Positions 1 to 8,768 of a DNA stretch of 45,296 nucleotides are shown piece after piece (position 1 is the stretch's first letter; the number at the start of each line of letters is the position of its first letter). The translations under genes were made by a program, and so were the position numbers. Below the pieces are notes generated by a model, which saw only the letters and a list, made by a program, of their open reading frames with translations, did not search any database and was not told where the DNA came from. The stretch is from Chthoniobacterales bacterium (GTDB lineage: Bacteria > Verrucomicrobiota > Verrucomicrobiia > Chthoniobacterales > JACTMZ01), in contig JBBEEK010000020.1 in the NCBI GenBank assembly GCA_040880825.1, forward strand, positions 1 to 45,296, given 5' to 3'.

Positions 1-63
1 TGGGCACTACTGTTGCGTTGCGGAAAGGCGCGGACTGTTTTGCATCGTTACGGCTGAGCGAGA

Positions 64-609
64 TTAGAGCGCGTGGCGGTCTTCGAGTTGGCGGACCATG
101 CGTTTGACGTGGCGGTGTTTGGCGCGGGGTTTGAGCATGGTGTAGCTGCGGCGCGGGTCGCCCCATTCGAGGATCTCGATGGTGACGCGGCGGACGCCCC
201 ATTGGTTCATGCGTCCGATGCTGGGTTTGTAGAGATCGATGGTGTTCGTGCCGGAGAGCATCCAGCCGTAGTCGTCGACTTGGTAAACCTCGCCATTTTC
301 CACCAGACGGAATTTGGTGCCGAGCGGCCAGCGCGACCAGTCGGCGGCGGCGCTGTTGATTTCGCCGCGGCGCAGGGGGGTGCCGGCGGCGGATTTGGTG
401 CCCCATTTGCGGTGGTCTTTTTCCGTATGGGTGTAGGCCGTGGTGCGGACCTGCTGGACGGGTGCGGGGCGGAGGGGTTTTTCGAAGGGCGGCAGCTTGC
501 GGCCGATGGCGCAGCCGGTGACCAGCAGGGCGGCGACTGCGGTCAGGGGGAGGAGGGGGCGGATCACAAGGGTTTTTATGGTGTCCGGATGGGGGCGGCA
601 CCAGTCCAA
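64..609 (-). CDS. 3D-domain (MltA/RlpA-like) lipoprotein
   Basis: 181-aa ORF. Signal peptide ends in lipobox LLVTGC. The C-terminal part (TAYTHTEKDH, GTKSAAGTPLRRG, WPLGTKFRL, YQVDDYG, IDLY) resembles 3D-domain proteins. Track start is TTG at 609; GTG at 567 is an alternative start. Confidence 0.7.
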   Translation of the reverse strand: MDWCRPHPDTIKTLVIRPLLPLTAVAALLVTGCAIGRKLPPFEKPLRPAPVQQVRTTAYTHTEKDHRKWGTKSAAGTPLRRGEINSAAADWSRWPLGTKFRLVENGEVYQVDDYGWMLSGTNTIDLYKPSIGRMNQWGVRRVTIEILEWGDPRRSYTMLKPRAKHRHVKRMVRQLEDRHAL

Positions 610-661
610 AGGGCGCTGCCTTGCCCCGGCGCGGGAGGACGGATAGGATAGACGGTTCGTT

Positions 662-1453
662 ATGGAACGGTATTTGTTGGCGGGGTCGACATTTTTTTAC
701 CTGCTGGGCTTTGCTTACTCGCTGGTCTTGTTGGGGGCGGGGAAATTCCGCCTCGGGCGCTTCAATTTGTATGCCATTGCGGGGGGCTTTGTCTTGCAAA
801 CGGCGTTCCTTTATCTGCGCGGTCATGCGGTGGGGCGGTGTCCGATCACCAACACGTTCGAGGTGCTGGTCTTCCTCAGTTGGTCGATCGCGCTGGCTTA
901 TCTTTTGGTGGGGACGACTTACCGGATGTCGTTGCTCGGGGCGTTCACCGCGCCGCTGGTTTTCGGGCTGCAGTTGCTGGCCCTGCTTTGGCCGACGGGT
1001 CAATCGCCGGTGCGGCAGGTCAAGGCGGACGGCTGGTTGGAGTTGCATGCCGCGACGAGTTTGGTGGCCTATGGCGTGTTGGCGTTGGCCTGCGTGGCGG
1101 GGGTGATGTTCCTTGTGCAGGAGCGGCAGTTGAAGATGCGCGTGCCGGGGTCGATCTTTCATTTGCTGCCGCCCCTCACGACATTGACCGAGGGTATGCG
1201 GCGGTTGTTGTGGCTCGGCGTCGGGTTGTTGACGGTGGGAATCCTCGCCGGATTCTTCGTCGGCGTGGCGGTCGGCCAATGGAAATCCGGGGCCTCCCTG
1301 CTGGTCTGGGTGATCTACGGCGGCATCCTTTTCCTCTGGTCGCGCAACATCCTGCATTCGCACCGCGTGGCGTGGTCGTGTATCTTCGCCTACGGCCTGG
1401 CGCTGGTCACCTTGCCGGCCATGTATGCTTTGGGAGGGTATTGGGCGAAATGA
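662..1453 (+). CDS. HemX/YpjD-like cytochrome c assembly family membrane protein
   Basis: 263-aa polytopic membrane protein resembling the CcsA/CcmC family. I see no WGxxWxWD haem-handling motif. Its stop overlaps the hemA start (ATGA at 1450-1453). Confidence 0.7.
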   Translation: MERYLLAGSTFFYLLGFAYSLVLLGAGKFRLGRFNLYAIAGGFVLQTAFLYLRGHAVGRCPITNTFEVLVFLSWSIALAYLLVGTTYRMSLLGAFTAPLVFGLQLLALLWPTGQSPVRQVKADGWLELHAATSLVAYGVLALACVAGVMFLVQERQLKMRVPGSIFHLLPPLTTLTEGMRRLLWLGVGLLTVGILAGFFVGVAVGQWKSGASLLVWVIYGGILFLWSRNILHSHRVAWSCIFAYGLALVTLPAMYALGGYWAK

Positions 1454-2490
1454 AGATTTTTTGCGTCGGTCTGAGTCATCACAGCGCGGGGGTTTCCCTC
1501 CGCGAACGCTTCGCTGTGGAGGAAGCCGACCTGACGGTCTCGCTGCAGGAATTGCGCGCCTCGGCCGCGTTGGAGGAAGTCGTCCTGCTCTCGACGTGCA
1601 ACCGGGTGGAGATTTACGGGCGGGCCGGGGATCCGGCCGATGCGGCGCGGCGGTGTGCGGATTTTTTCCGCACGCGCGGGGGGGACGGTGCGGATTTTTA
1701 CCAGCGCCACGCCGAAGAGGGGGTGCGTCATTTGTTCCGCGTCTCCTGCGGCCTCGACTCGATGGTGGTGGGGGAAACGGAAATCCTCGGGCAGGTCAAA
1801 GCCGCTTATGCGTTGGCCCTCGAGCACGGCGCGACGGGGCGCGTGCTCAACCGGCTTTTCCAGCAGGCCTTCCGCGCAGCCAAGCAAGTGCGCAGCGAAA
1901 CGGGGATCACGCGCGGGTCGGTGTCAGTCGGCTCGGTGGCCGTCGACTTGGCGGAGAAAATTTTCGGTGACCTGGCGCTTTGTCGCGTGCTGCTCTTGGG
2001 GGCGGGCAAGGCGGGGGCGCGGGTGGCCCGCAGCCTGCAATCGCGCGGCGTGCGCAGCCTCGTGCTCTCCAACCGCACTTTCAATCGCGCAGCCGATTTG
2101 GCCGGAGAACTCGGTGGGATGGCCTTGCACTTCGACCGCTGGCAAAGCGCGTTGCCCGACGTGGACATCGTTATTTCCTCCACCGCGGCCCGCGGTCGCC
2201 TGCTTTCGTCCGAAGAACTCCGCCCCGTGATCGCGGCCCGCCGGGACCGTCCGCTTTTCCTCGTCGATCTGGCCGTGCCGCGTGATTTCGATCCGTCGCT
2301 CAACGAATTGGAAGGCGTCTATTTGCACGACCTCGATTCGCTGCAAGCCATGGCGCGGCAGGGCATGGCCGAGCGCGAGAAAGAAGTCGAGCGCTGCGAG
2401 CGGCTCATTGCCGCGCAGGTCGCGGAGTTCCAGCAATGGGTCCAGCAGGACGCCAGGGATGGACGGTCGAGGATCGGGGCGGAATCATGA
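1450..2490 (+). CDS. hemA: glutamyl-tRNA reductase
   Basis: In-frame ATG at 1450 inside track ORF 838-2490. N-terminus MKIFCVGLSHH, catalytic Cys motif STCNRVEIY, GETEILGQVK, Rossmann LLLGAGKAG. The 838-1449 extension overlaps the previous gene and is Arg/Gly-rich shadow. Confidence 0.9.
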   Translation: MKIFCVGLSHHSAGVSLRERFAVEEADLTVSLQELRASAALEEVVLLSTCNRVEIYGRAGDPADAARRCADFFRTRGGDGADFYQRHAEEGVRHLFRVSCGLDSMVVGETEILGQVKAAYALALEHGATGRVLNRLFQQAFRAAKQVRSETGITRGSVSVGSVAVDLAEKIFGDLALCRVLLLGAGKAGARVARSLQSRGVRSLVLSNRTFNRAADLAGELGGMALHFDRWQSALPDVDIVISSTAARGRLLSSEELRPVIAARRDRPLFLVDLAVPRDFDPSLNELEGVYLHDLDSLQAMARQGMAEREKEVERCERLIAAQVAEFQQWVQQDARDGRSRIGAES

Positions 2491-3407
2491 GCGTCCGTCT
2501 CCGTTTGGCCACGCGCGGCAGCGACTTGGCCCTTGTCCAGACGCGTGAAGTGGCGGCCGGCCTGCGCGCGTCCTGGCCGGACCTCGCGGTGGAGGAGGAA
2601 ATCATCCGCACGCAGGGAGATAACAACCTCGAGGCCGACCTGGCCACGATCGGGGCATTGGACAAGGGGCTCTTCACCAAGGAACTCGAGCAGGCCCTCC
2701 GGCAAGGTGCCGCGGACGCCGCGGTGCACAGCTTGAAAGATTTGCCGGTGGTTCTGCCGCCCGGTCTGGTCCTCGGCGCGGTGCTGCCGCGGGCCGCGAC
2801 GGAAGACGTGCTCGTGGCGCATCAACCGGGCGGCTGGGAAGCCCTGCCGGCCGGCGCGCGCGTCGGCACGAGCAGTCCGCGCCGCCAAGCCATGCTGCGG
2901 GCGCGGCGCGGCGATGTGCAACCGGTGATGATCCGCGGGAACGTGCCGACGCGCTTGGGCAAACTGGCGGATGGGGGATTTGAGGCAATCATCGTGGCCG
3001 CGGCCGGTCTGCACCGGCTGGGGTGGGTCACGGACGGACCGATCGAAGCCGGCGGGGTCGTGCTGCATGCCGTGCCCTTGCGGGATTTTCTCCCGGCACC
3101 GGGCCAGGGGGCGATTGCCGTGGAGATCCGCGCTGACGACGAGGTGGCCCGCGATCTCCTCGCCCCTTTGCACGATGCGATGACCGACCGGTGCGTGCGC
3201 GCGGAGCGGGCGGTGCTGGGCGCGCTGGGTGGCGGTTGCCACATGGCGCTGGGCACGCGGGCGTGGATGGAGGGCGGGCTGCTGCACCTCGAAGCGGTTG
3301 TGTTTGACGATCCGGGGGCGACCCCGAAACATGCGGCCGCCTCGGGCGACCCGGACGACCCCGAGTCTGTCGGCCGCGCCGCGGCGGAGAAGCTACATGG
3401 CGACTGA
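2487..3407 (+). CDS. hemC: hydroxymethylbilane synthase (porphobilinogen deaminase)
   Basis: ATG 2487 overlaps the hemA stop (ATGA). Motifs RLATRGSDLALVQT and cofactor-binding Cys in LGGGCHMALG. Confidence 0.92.
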   Translation: MSVRLRLATRGSDLALVQTREVAAGLRASWPDLAVEEEIIRTQGDNNLEADLATIGALDKGLFTKELEQALRQGAADAAVHSLKDLPVVLPPGLVLGAVLPRAATEDVLVAHQPGGWEALPAGARVGTSSPRRQAMLRARRGDVQPVMIRGNVPTRLGKLADGGFEAIIVAAAGLHRLGWVTDGPIEAGGVVLHAVPLRDFLPAPGQGAIAVEIRADDEVARDLLAPLHDAMTDRCVRAERAVLGALGGGCHMALGTRAWMEGGLLHLEAVVFDDPGATPKHAAASGDPDDPESVGRAAAEKLHGD

Positions 3408-4911
3408 ACAAGGCATCTGTTATCTGGTCGGCGCAGGCCCGGGCGATCCCGGCCTGCTCACCCTGCGCGGCCTCGAAGTGCTGGAACGGGCCGGCACGGT
3501 GGTCTATGACAATCTCGTCAACCGCGAATTGCTGGCTTGGGCGCCCCAGGACGCCGAGCTGATTTACGCGGGCAAAAAATCCGGCGACCACTCCATGCCG
3601 CAGGAGGAGATCAACGCTTTGCTTGTCGAGAAGACGGCGGCCGGCCGGACGGTGGTCCGCTTGAAAGGCGGCGATCCTTTCGTCTTTGCGCGCGGGGCGG
3701 AGGAGTGTCTGGCCTTGGCCGAAGCGGGATTACGTTTCGAGGTGGTGCCGGGTGTCAGTTCGGCGCTGGCCGGGCCGACCTATGCGGGTATTCCCGTGAC
3801 CCAGCGCAGTGTGAATTCCGTGCTGACGGTCTTCAGCGGACATCATGCCCCGCAGGATGCGGCGGCCACGGCGGTTTACCGGGGGATCGGCGCCGCGCCG
3901 GGGACCAAGGTCATGTTGATGGGGGTGGAAAATTTGCGGGGCATTGCGTCGGCTCTGCAGGACGGCGGCGCGCCGGCCGACACGCCGGCGGCCGTGGTGC
4001 GCTGGGCGACGCGCGGCGACCAACAGGTGGTCAAAGGAACGTTGGCCGACATCGCCGACCGGGTGGATCAAGCGGGCCTGCAGGCGCCGGCTGTGGTCGT
4101 GTTCGGCGAGGCGGTGAAATTTTGTCCGGGCGGCGGTTGGACGGCGGCGCGCCCGCTCTTCGGCAAACGTCTGGTGGTGACGCGCAGCCGCGCGCAGGCC
4201 TCGAAGTTGTCCGCGGCTTTGCGGGATCTCGGGGCCGATGTTTACGAACTGCCCCTCATCCGGCGGGAGCCACCGGCCAACCTGCGCGAGTTCGCCGAAC
4301 TGGTGCAGGACGCGCACGGTTACGAATGGATTGTTTTCACCAGCGCGAACGGGGTCGAGGCGTTCTTCGGGATGTTTTACAAACTCTACGACGATGCGCG
4401 CGAGATCGGCGGGACCAAATTCGCCGCGGTCGGCACGGCGACTGCGCAGTGCCTCAAAGACCACCATTACCACGTCGATCTGGTGGCGGAAAATTTCCAT
4501 ACCGAATCGCTGGTCGAAACCTTCCGCGGCAAAACCGACGTGGAGAACGTGAAAATCCTTGTGGTGCGTCCCGAGGAAACGAGCGGCGGGCTGGCCGCGG
4601 GCCTGGCCAAACTCGGAGCCATCGTGGACGAAGCCATCGCCTACCGCACGGTGCCGGAAACCGAAGACCGCACCCGGGCGCGCGAGCGTCTGGCCACCGA
4701 GGGGGCTGACCTGGTCATCTTCACCAGTTCTTCGACCGTGCGGAATTTCTTTGCCGCCAAAATCAAGCATCCCCCCGGATTGAAATTTGCCAGCATTGGT
4801 CCGGTCACAACCGCCAGTCTGACCGAATGCGGCGTCAAACCGGCGGTGAAAGCGGCCCGTCATGACGTCGATGGCTTGGTCCAAGCGATCCGTGAATACT
4901 TTGCGGAATAA
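3397..4911 (+). CDS. cobA-hemD: bifunctional uroporphyrinogen-III C-methyltransferase / uroporphyrinogen-III synthase
   Basis: ATG 3397, an 11-nt overlap with hemC. The N-half is a SUMT-type methylase (YLVGAGPGDPGLLTLRG, RLKGGDPFVF). The C-half, from about RLVVTRSRAQASKL, is HemD-like with two lobes (IVFTSANGV, VIFTSSSTV). Confidence 0.87.
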   Translation: MATEQGICYLVGAGPGDPGLLTLRGLEVLERAGTVVYDNLVNRELLAWAPQDAELIYAGKKSGDHSMPQEEINALLVEKTAAGRTVVRLKGGDPFVFARGAEECLALAEAGLRFEVVPGVSSALAGPTYAGIPVTQRSVNSVLTVFSGHHAPQDAAATAVYRGIGAAPGTKVMLMGVENLRGIASALQDGGAPADTPAAVVRWATRGDQQVVKGTLADIADRVDQAGLQAPAVVVFGEAVKFCPGGGWTAARPLFGKRLVVTRSRAQASKLSAALRDLGADVYELPLIRREPPANLREFAELVQDAHGYEWIVFTSANGVEAFFGMFYKLYDDAREIGGTKFAAVGTATAQCLKDHHYHVDLVAENFHTESLVETFRGKTDVENVKILVVRPEETSGGLAAGLAKLGAIVDEAIAYRTVPETEDRTRARERLATEGADLVIFTSSSTVRNFFAAKIKHPPGLKFASIGPVTTASLTECGVKPAVKAARHDVDGLVQAIREYFAE

Positions 4912-5013
4912 AGCCAGATGCGCCGCGGTGCGGGCGGTCCGCGGAAGGCTTGAGGGGGTTTCTCCGGCCTGCGAGAATTGGCGCGGCCGGCAATTTTGCC
5001 CGACTTTGACCAC

Positions 5014-6060
5014 ATGACCGGACGCCAACGCTTTCTCGACGCCTGCCGTGGCCGGTCAGTCGATCGTCCGCCGGTCTGGATGATGCGGCAGGCCGGCCGG
5101 TATTTGCCGGAATACCGGGCCTTGAAGGAGCGTCACTCTTTTCTCGAAATGGTGCGCACGCCGGATTTGGCGGCGGAGGTCACTTTGCAACCGATCCGGC
5201 GTTTCGCTTTCGATGCGGCGATTATTTTCAGCGACATCCTGGTAGTGCCGGGCGCCTTGGGTCAGCCTTTTTCCTTCGGCGAGGGACGCGGGGTTCGCAT
5301 GGAGTTCCCGGTGCGGACGGCGGCCGATCTGGCGCGCTTGTCGGCGGACGGGGCGGCCGAGCGACTCGACTACGTCGCCGCGGCTTTGCGCCGGACGCGC
5401 GAGTTGCTGCCGGCGGACCGCGCCCTGCTTGGTTTCGGCGGTTCACCGTGGACTTTGGCGGCTTATATGATCGAGGGCGGATCCTCGGCCGACGGCTCGG
5501 TCGTGCGGGCCATGGCCGCGCGGCGGGATCCGGTGCTGGTCAAGCTGCTGGAAATGCTGACCGGCGTGCTGATCGATTATTTCCGGGCCCAGATTGCGGC
5601 GGGGGCCGAGGCGATCCAAATTTTCGATTCGTGGGCAGCGTGGTGCGAGGACTACGAGGAGTTGTCGCTACGCTGGGTGCGCGACGTGGTGGCGGGCACG
5701 GGGCGCGAAGTGCCGGTGATTTTTTTCGCGCGCGGACGCAATCGCGAGGCGGCGGCGCTGGCTTCGACCGGGGCGGATGTGTTGTCGCTCGATTGGGAAA
5801 CACCGCTGAGCGAAGTGCGCCGTTCGCTCGATCGCGATCTTGCGCTGCAGGGCAATCTCGATCCGGCGGTGCTGGAAGGCGAACCGGAGGCGGCCGCCGC
5901 CGCGGCGCGGTGCGTGCTGACTGATATGGCGCCGTATAACGGCCATATTTTCAATCTCGGCCACGGCATCCGTCCGGCGGCCCGTCCGGAATGCGTCGCC
6001 GCAGTGGTGGAGGCGGTGCGAGACTTCCGACATGACAAGCATGACGTCGCTGCCGGTTGA
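5014..6060 (+). CDS. hemE: uroporphyrinogen decarboxylase
   Basis: Signature PPVWMMRQAGRYLPEYR. ATG 5014 is preferred over the track TTG at 4978. Confidence 0.92.
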   Translation: MTGRQRFLDACRGRSVDRPPVWMMRQAGRYLPEYRALKERHSFLEMVRTPDLAAEVTLQPIRRFAFDAAIIFSDILVVPGALGQPFSFGEGRGVRMEFPVRTAADLARLSADGAAERLDYVAAALRRTRELLPADRALLGFGGSPWTLAAYMIEGGSSADGSVVRAMAARRDPVLVKLLEMLTGVLIDYFRAQIAAGAEAIQIFDSWAAWCEDYEELSLRWVRDVVAGTGREVPVIFFARGRNREAAALASTGADVLSLDWETPLSEVRRSLDRDLALQGNLDPAVLEGEPEAAAAAARCVLTDMAPYNGHIFNLGHGIRPAARPECVAAVVEAVRDFRHDKHDVAAG

Positions 6061-7402
6061 CCTCGCGTTGGTGCGCAAGCACAACCGGCCGGGGCCGCGC
6101 TACACGTCCTACCCGACGGCGCTGCAGTTCCACGAAGATGTCGACCCCAACCGCCTGATTGCCGCGGCGCAGGCCGGGACGGAAGGGCTCTCGCTCTATT
6201 TTCATCTGCCCTTTTGCGAGAGCCTGTGTTGGTTCTGCGGCTGCAACAAGGTGATCACGACCGACACCTCGCGCGCCGAGATTTACCTCGATGCGTTGGA
6301 GCGGGAGGTGGCCATGTTTCCGGAGGATGCGTTGCAGGGGCGGCCGGTCGTGCAATTGCACTTCGGCGGCGGCACGCCGAATTTTCTCAGTCCGGGGCAA
6401 ATCGCGCGGATGGGGCGAATGCTGCGGAAGCATTTCACCTTTGCCGACCATGCCGAGTGTTCGGTGGAACTCGATCCGCGTCCGCTGACCCGCGATCACG
6501 TGCGGGCCTTCCGTGAAATCGGCATGCGGCGCGCGTCCTTCGGCATCCAAGATGTGAACCCGGCGGTGCAGCAGGCCGTTCACCGCGTGCAATCCGAGGA
6601 GTGCAACGAACTGGCCTTCGAGTGGCTGCGGGGCGAGGGCTTCGAGTCGGTCAATGTCGACCTCATCTACGGTCTGCCCGGGCAGACGCCGGAAAGCTAC
6701 GCCGAGACGTTACGGCGTGTGCTGGCCTACGAACCCGACCGCTTCGCCGTCTTCAGCTATGCGCATGTGCCGTGGATGGTGCCGGCGCAGAAACTCCTCG
6801 AGCGGGCGCACCTGCCCGAGGCCGAGGCCAAGCTGGCGATGCTCAAGCTGGTCATCGAGACGCTGACCGCGTCGGGCTATGCTTTCATCGGCATGGACCA
6901 CTTTGCGCGGCCGGACGACGAGTTGGTCAAAGCGCTGGAATCACGGACCCTGCAGCGCAATTTCCAAGGCTACAGCACGCGGGGCGGTGTCGAGATCCGC
7001 GGGTTCGGGGTTTCTTCCATTTCGCAAACGAGCCGCACTTACCGTCAGAATCACAAGACGCTGGAAAAATACTACGAGAGCCTCGCGGCCGGGCGCCTGC
7101 CGGTCGAACGCGGGCTCGAGCTGAGCGATGAAGACGTGCTGCGGCGTCATGTCATCATGCGTTTGATGTGCGACTTCCGGCTGGAGTTTGCCGCCGTGGA
7201 GGAAATGTTCGGCCTCGATTTCACGTCACATTTTGCCGGCAGCCTTGTCCGCCTCGAGGACTTCACCGCCGATGCGCTGGTCGAGCGTGACGCGACCAGC
7301 CTCACGGTAACCGAAGCCGGCCGGCTTTTCATCCGCAACATCGCCATGTGTTTCGACGCTTACACCGTGCCGGGCGAGGGGCGGCACTCCAAAACAATCT
7401 GA
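6032..7402 (+). CDS. hemN: oxygen-independent coproporphyrinogen III oxidase (radical SAM)
   Basis: 456 aa. N-terminal PRYTSYPTA, radical-SAM CxxxCxxC (CESLCWFCGC), GGGTPNFL. Overlaps the hemE 3' end by 29 nt (20 nt if ATG 6041 is used). Confidence 0.92.
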   Translation: MTSMTSLPVDLALVRKHNRPGPRYTSYPTALQFHEDVDPNRLIAAAQAGTEGLSLYFHLPFCESLCWFCGCNKVITTDTSRAEIYLDALEREVAMFPEDALQGRPVVQLHFGGGTPNFLSPGQIARMGRMLRKHFTFADHAECSVELDPRPLTRDHVRAFREIGMRRASFGIQDVNPAVQQAVHRVQSEECNELAFEWLRGEGFESVNVDLIYGLPGQTPESYAETLRRVLAYEPDRFAVFSYAHVPWMVPAQKLLERAHLPEAEAKLAMLKLVIETLTASGYAFIGMDHFARPDDELVKALESRTLQRNFQGYSTRGGVEIRGFGVSSISQTSRTYRQNHKTLEKYYESLAAGRLPVERGLELSDEDVLRRHVIMRLMCDFRLEFAAVEEMFGLDFTSHFAGSLVRLEDFTADALVERDATSLTVTEAGRLFIRNIAMCFDAYTVPGEGRHSKTI

Positions 7403-7403
7403 C

Positions 7404-8768
7404 ATGGCCGGACAAACCAAGCGGGTGGTGATGATCGGAGCGGGCCTGACCGGGCTCTCGGCGGCGGTCCGTTTGCGCGCGCACGGGGTCGTGGTGACCG
7501 TGCTTGAGTCCTCCGCACAGGCGGGCGGCGCGGTGCGCAGCGAGCAGACCGAAGGATTTCTCGTGGAGGACGGGCCGAATTCCATGATGACCAACGAACC
7601 GGACGTGCAGGAATTCCTGCGGACGGCGGGGTTGGAGGAGGAAATGGTCTCTCCCTCGGCAAAAAAGCGTTTCCTCGTGCGTCACGGCCGCCCGGTGGCC
7701 TTACCGGCCGGTCCGGTCGGGGCGGTGACCACACCCTTGTTTTCCCTGCCCGGCAAGCTGCGTGTGCTGGGCGAGCCGTGGGTGCGGCGCGGACGGGAGG
7801 AGGACGAGTCTTTGGCCGATTTGGTGCGGCGTCGTCTCGGCCCCGAAGTGCTGGCTTATGCCATCGAGCCGTTTGTCGCCGGCATTTATGCGGGCGATCC
7901 GGAAAAGCTCTCGGCCCGCTGGGCTTTCCCGAAATTGTGGAATCTCGAACGCGCGCACGGATCCTTTATCCGCGGCGCGCTGCGGTTGCGACGGTCGGGA
8001 CCGCCGCCGAAAATGTTTTCCTTCCGCCAGGGCATGGGTGCGCTGCCCGCGAGGCTGGCGGAAATGCTCGGTCCCGATCTGCATTGCGGGGTGCGGGTGG
8101 AAAAAATCTCGCGCCATGCGCAAGGCTGGCAGGTCGAGTGGAGTAGCGGAGGACAGAGCACCGCGGTGAGTGCGGATGCCGTTATTACCACCGCCCCTGC
8201 TTTTGCCGTGCCGGACCTGCCATGGTCCGCAGACTTGTCGTCTTCTTTGGAATTCCTCCGCGAAATCGTTTATCCGTCCGTGACGGTGGTGGCGCTGGGT
8301 TTCCGCCGGGCCGATGTCACGCATCCGCTCGACGGTTTCGGCATGTTGGTGCCGGCGGCCGAACAACGGCGGATCCTTGGCACGATTTTTTCGTCATCCC
8401 TTTTTCCCGGGCGCGCACCGGAAGACCATGTGTTGCTGACCACGTTCGTCGGCGGGGCGCGGCAACCGCGTCTGGCGGAACTGGGGGATGATGCGCTCGA
8501 GCAGGATGTCTGCTCCGACCTGCGCGAGTTGCTGGGGGTGCGGGGCACGCCCGTTTTCCGGCGCATCGTCCGCTGGCCGCGCGCCATCCCGCAATACCAC
8601 ACCGGCTACGGGAAGCATCTGGAGGCGATGGAAAAACTGGAATTCGCGTGGCCCGGGCTGCATCTTGCCGGGAACTACCGCGGGGGCATCGCCGCGGGCC
8701 AATGCATCCAAAACGGCTTGCGGCTCGCAGAGAAGTTGGCGCCCGCATCGTCCGTTTCCGCACCGTGA
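7404..8768 (+). CDS. hemY: FAD-dependent protoporphyrinogen oxidase (HemY type)
   Basis: 454 aa. N-terminal dinucleotide fold VVMIGAGLTGLSAA. Amine-oxidase-like length and position between hemN and hemH. Starts 1 nt after the hemN stop. Confidence 0.85.
   Translation: MAGQTKRVVMIGAGLTGLSAAVRLRAHGVVVTVLESSAQAGGAVRSEQTEGFLVEDGPNSMMTNEPDVQEFLRTAGLEEEMVSPSAKKRFLVRHGRPVALPAGPVGAVTTPLFSLPGKLRVLGEPWVRRGREEDESLADLVRRRLGPEVLAYAIEPFVAGIYAGDPEKLSARWAFPKLWNLERAHGSFIRGALRLRRSGPPPKMFSFRQGMGALPARLAEMLGPDLHCGVRVEKISRHAQGWQVEWSSGGQSTAVSADAVITTAPAFAVPDLPWSADLSSSLEFLREIVYPSVTVVALGFRRADVTHPLDGFGMLVPAAEQRRILGTIFSSSLFPGRAPEDHVLLTTFVGGARQPRLAELGDDALEQDVCSDLRELLGVRGTPVFRRIVRWPRAIPQYHTGYGKHLEAMEKLEFAWPGLHLAGNYRGGIAAGQCIQNGLRLAEKLAPASSVSAP

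Noticed and set aside
838-1449. 5' extensions of track ORFs that would lengthen real genes: hemA 838-1449, hemC 2436-2486, cobA-hemD 3229-3396, hemH 8648-8764, GT4 12510-12779, ribBA 15049-15975, nusB 17670-17780, GH57 20883-21017, rng 25875-26435, mrdA 28063-28353, mreB 30490-30642, menD 42239-42358.
   Set aside because: Each extension overlaps the upstream gene or has Arg/Gly/Pro-rich junk composition. In each case an internal start gives the canonical family N-terminus, often with an ATGA/GTGA/TTGA overlap to the preceding stop.
6032-7402. Considered whether the HemN-like gene is really the haem chaperone HemW, in which case the operon would be coproporphyrin-dependent.
   Set aside because: The protein is 456 aa and keeps the N-terminal PRYTSYPTA segment characteristic of true HemN. 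HemW proteins are shorter and lack it. No hemQ/chdC is present in the operon.
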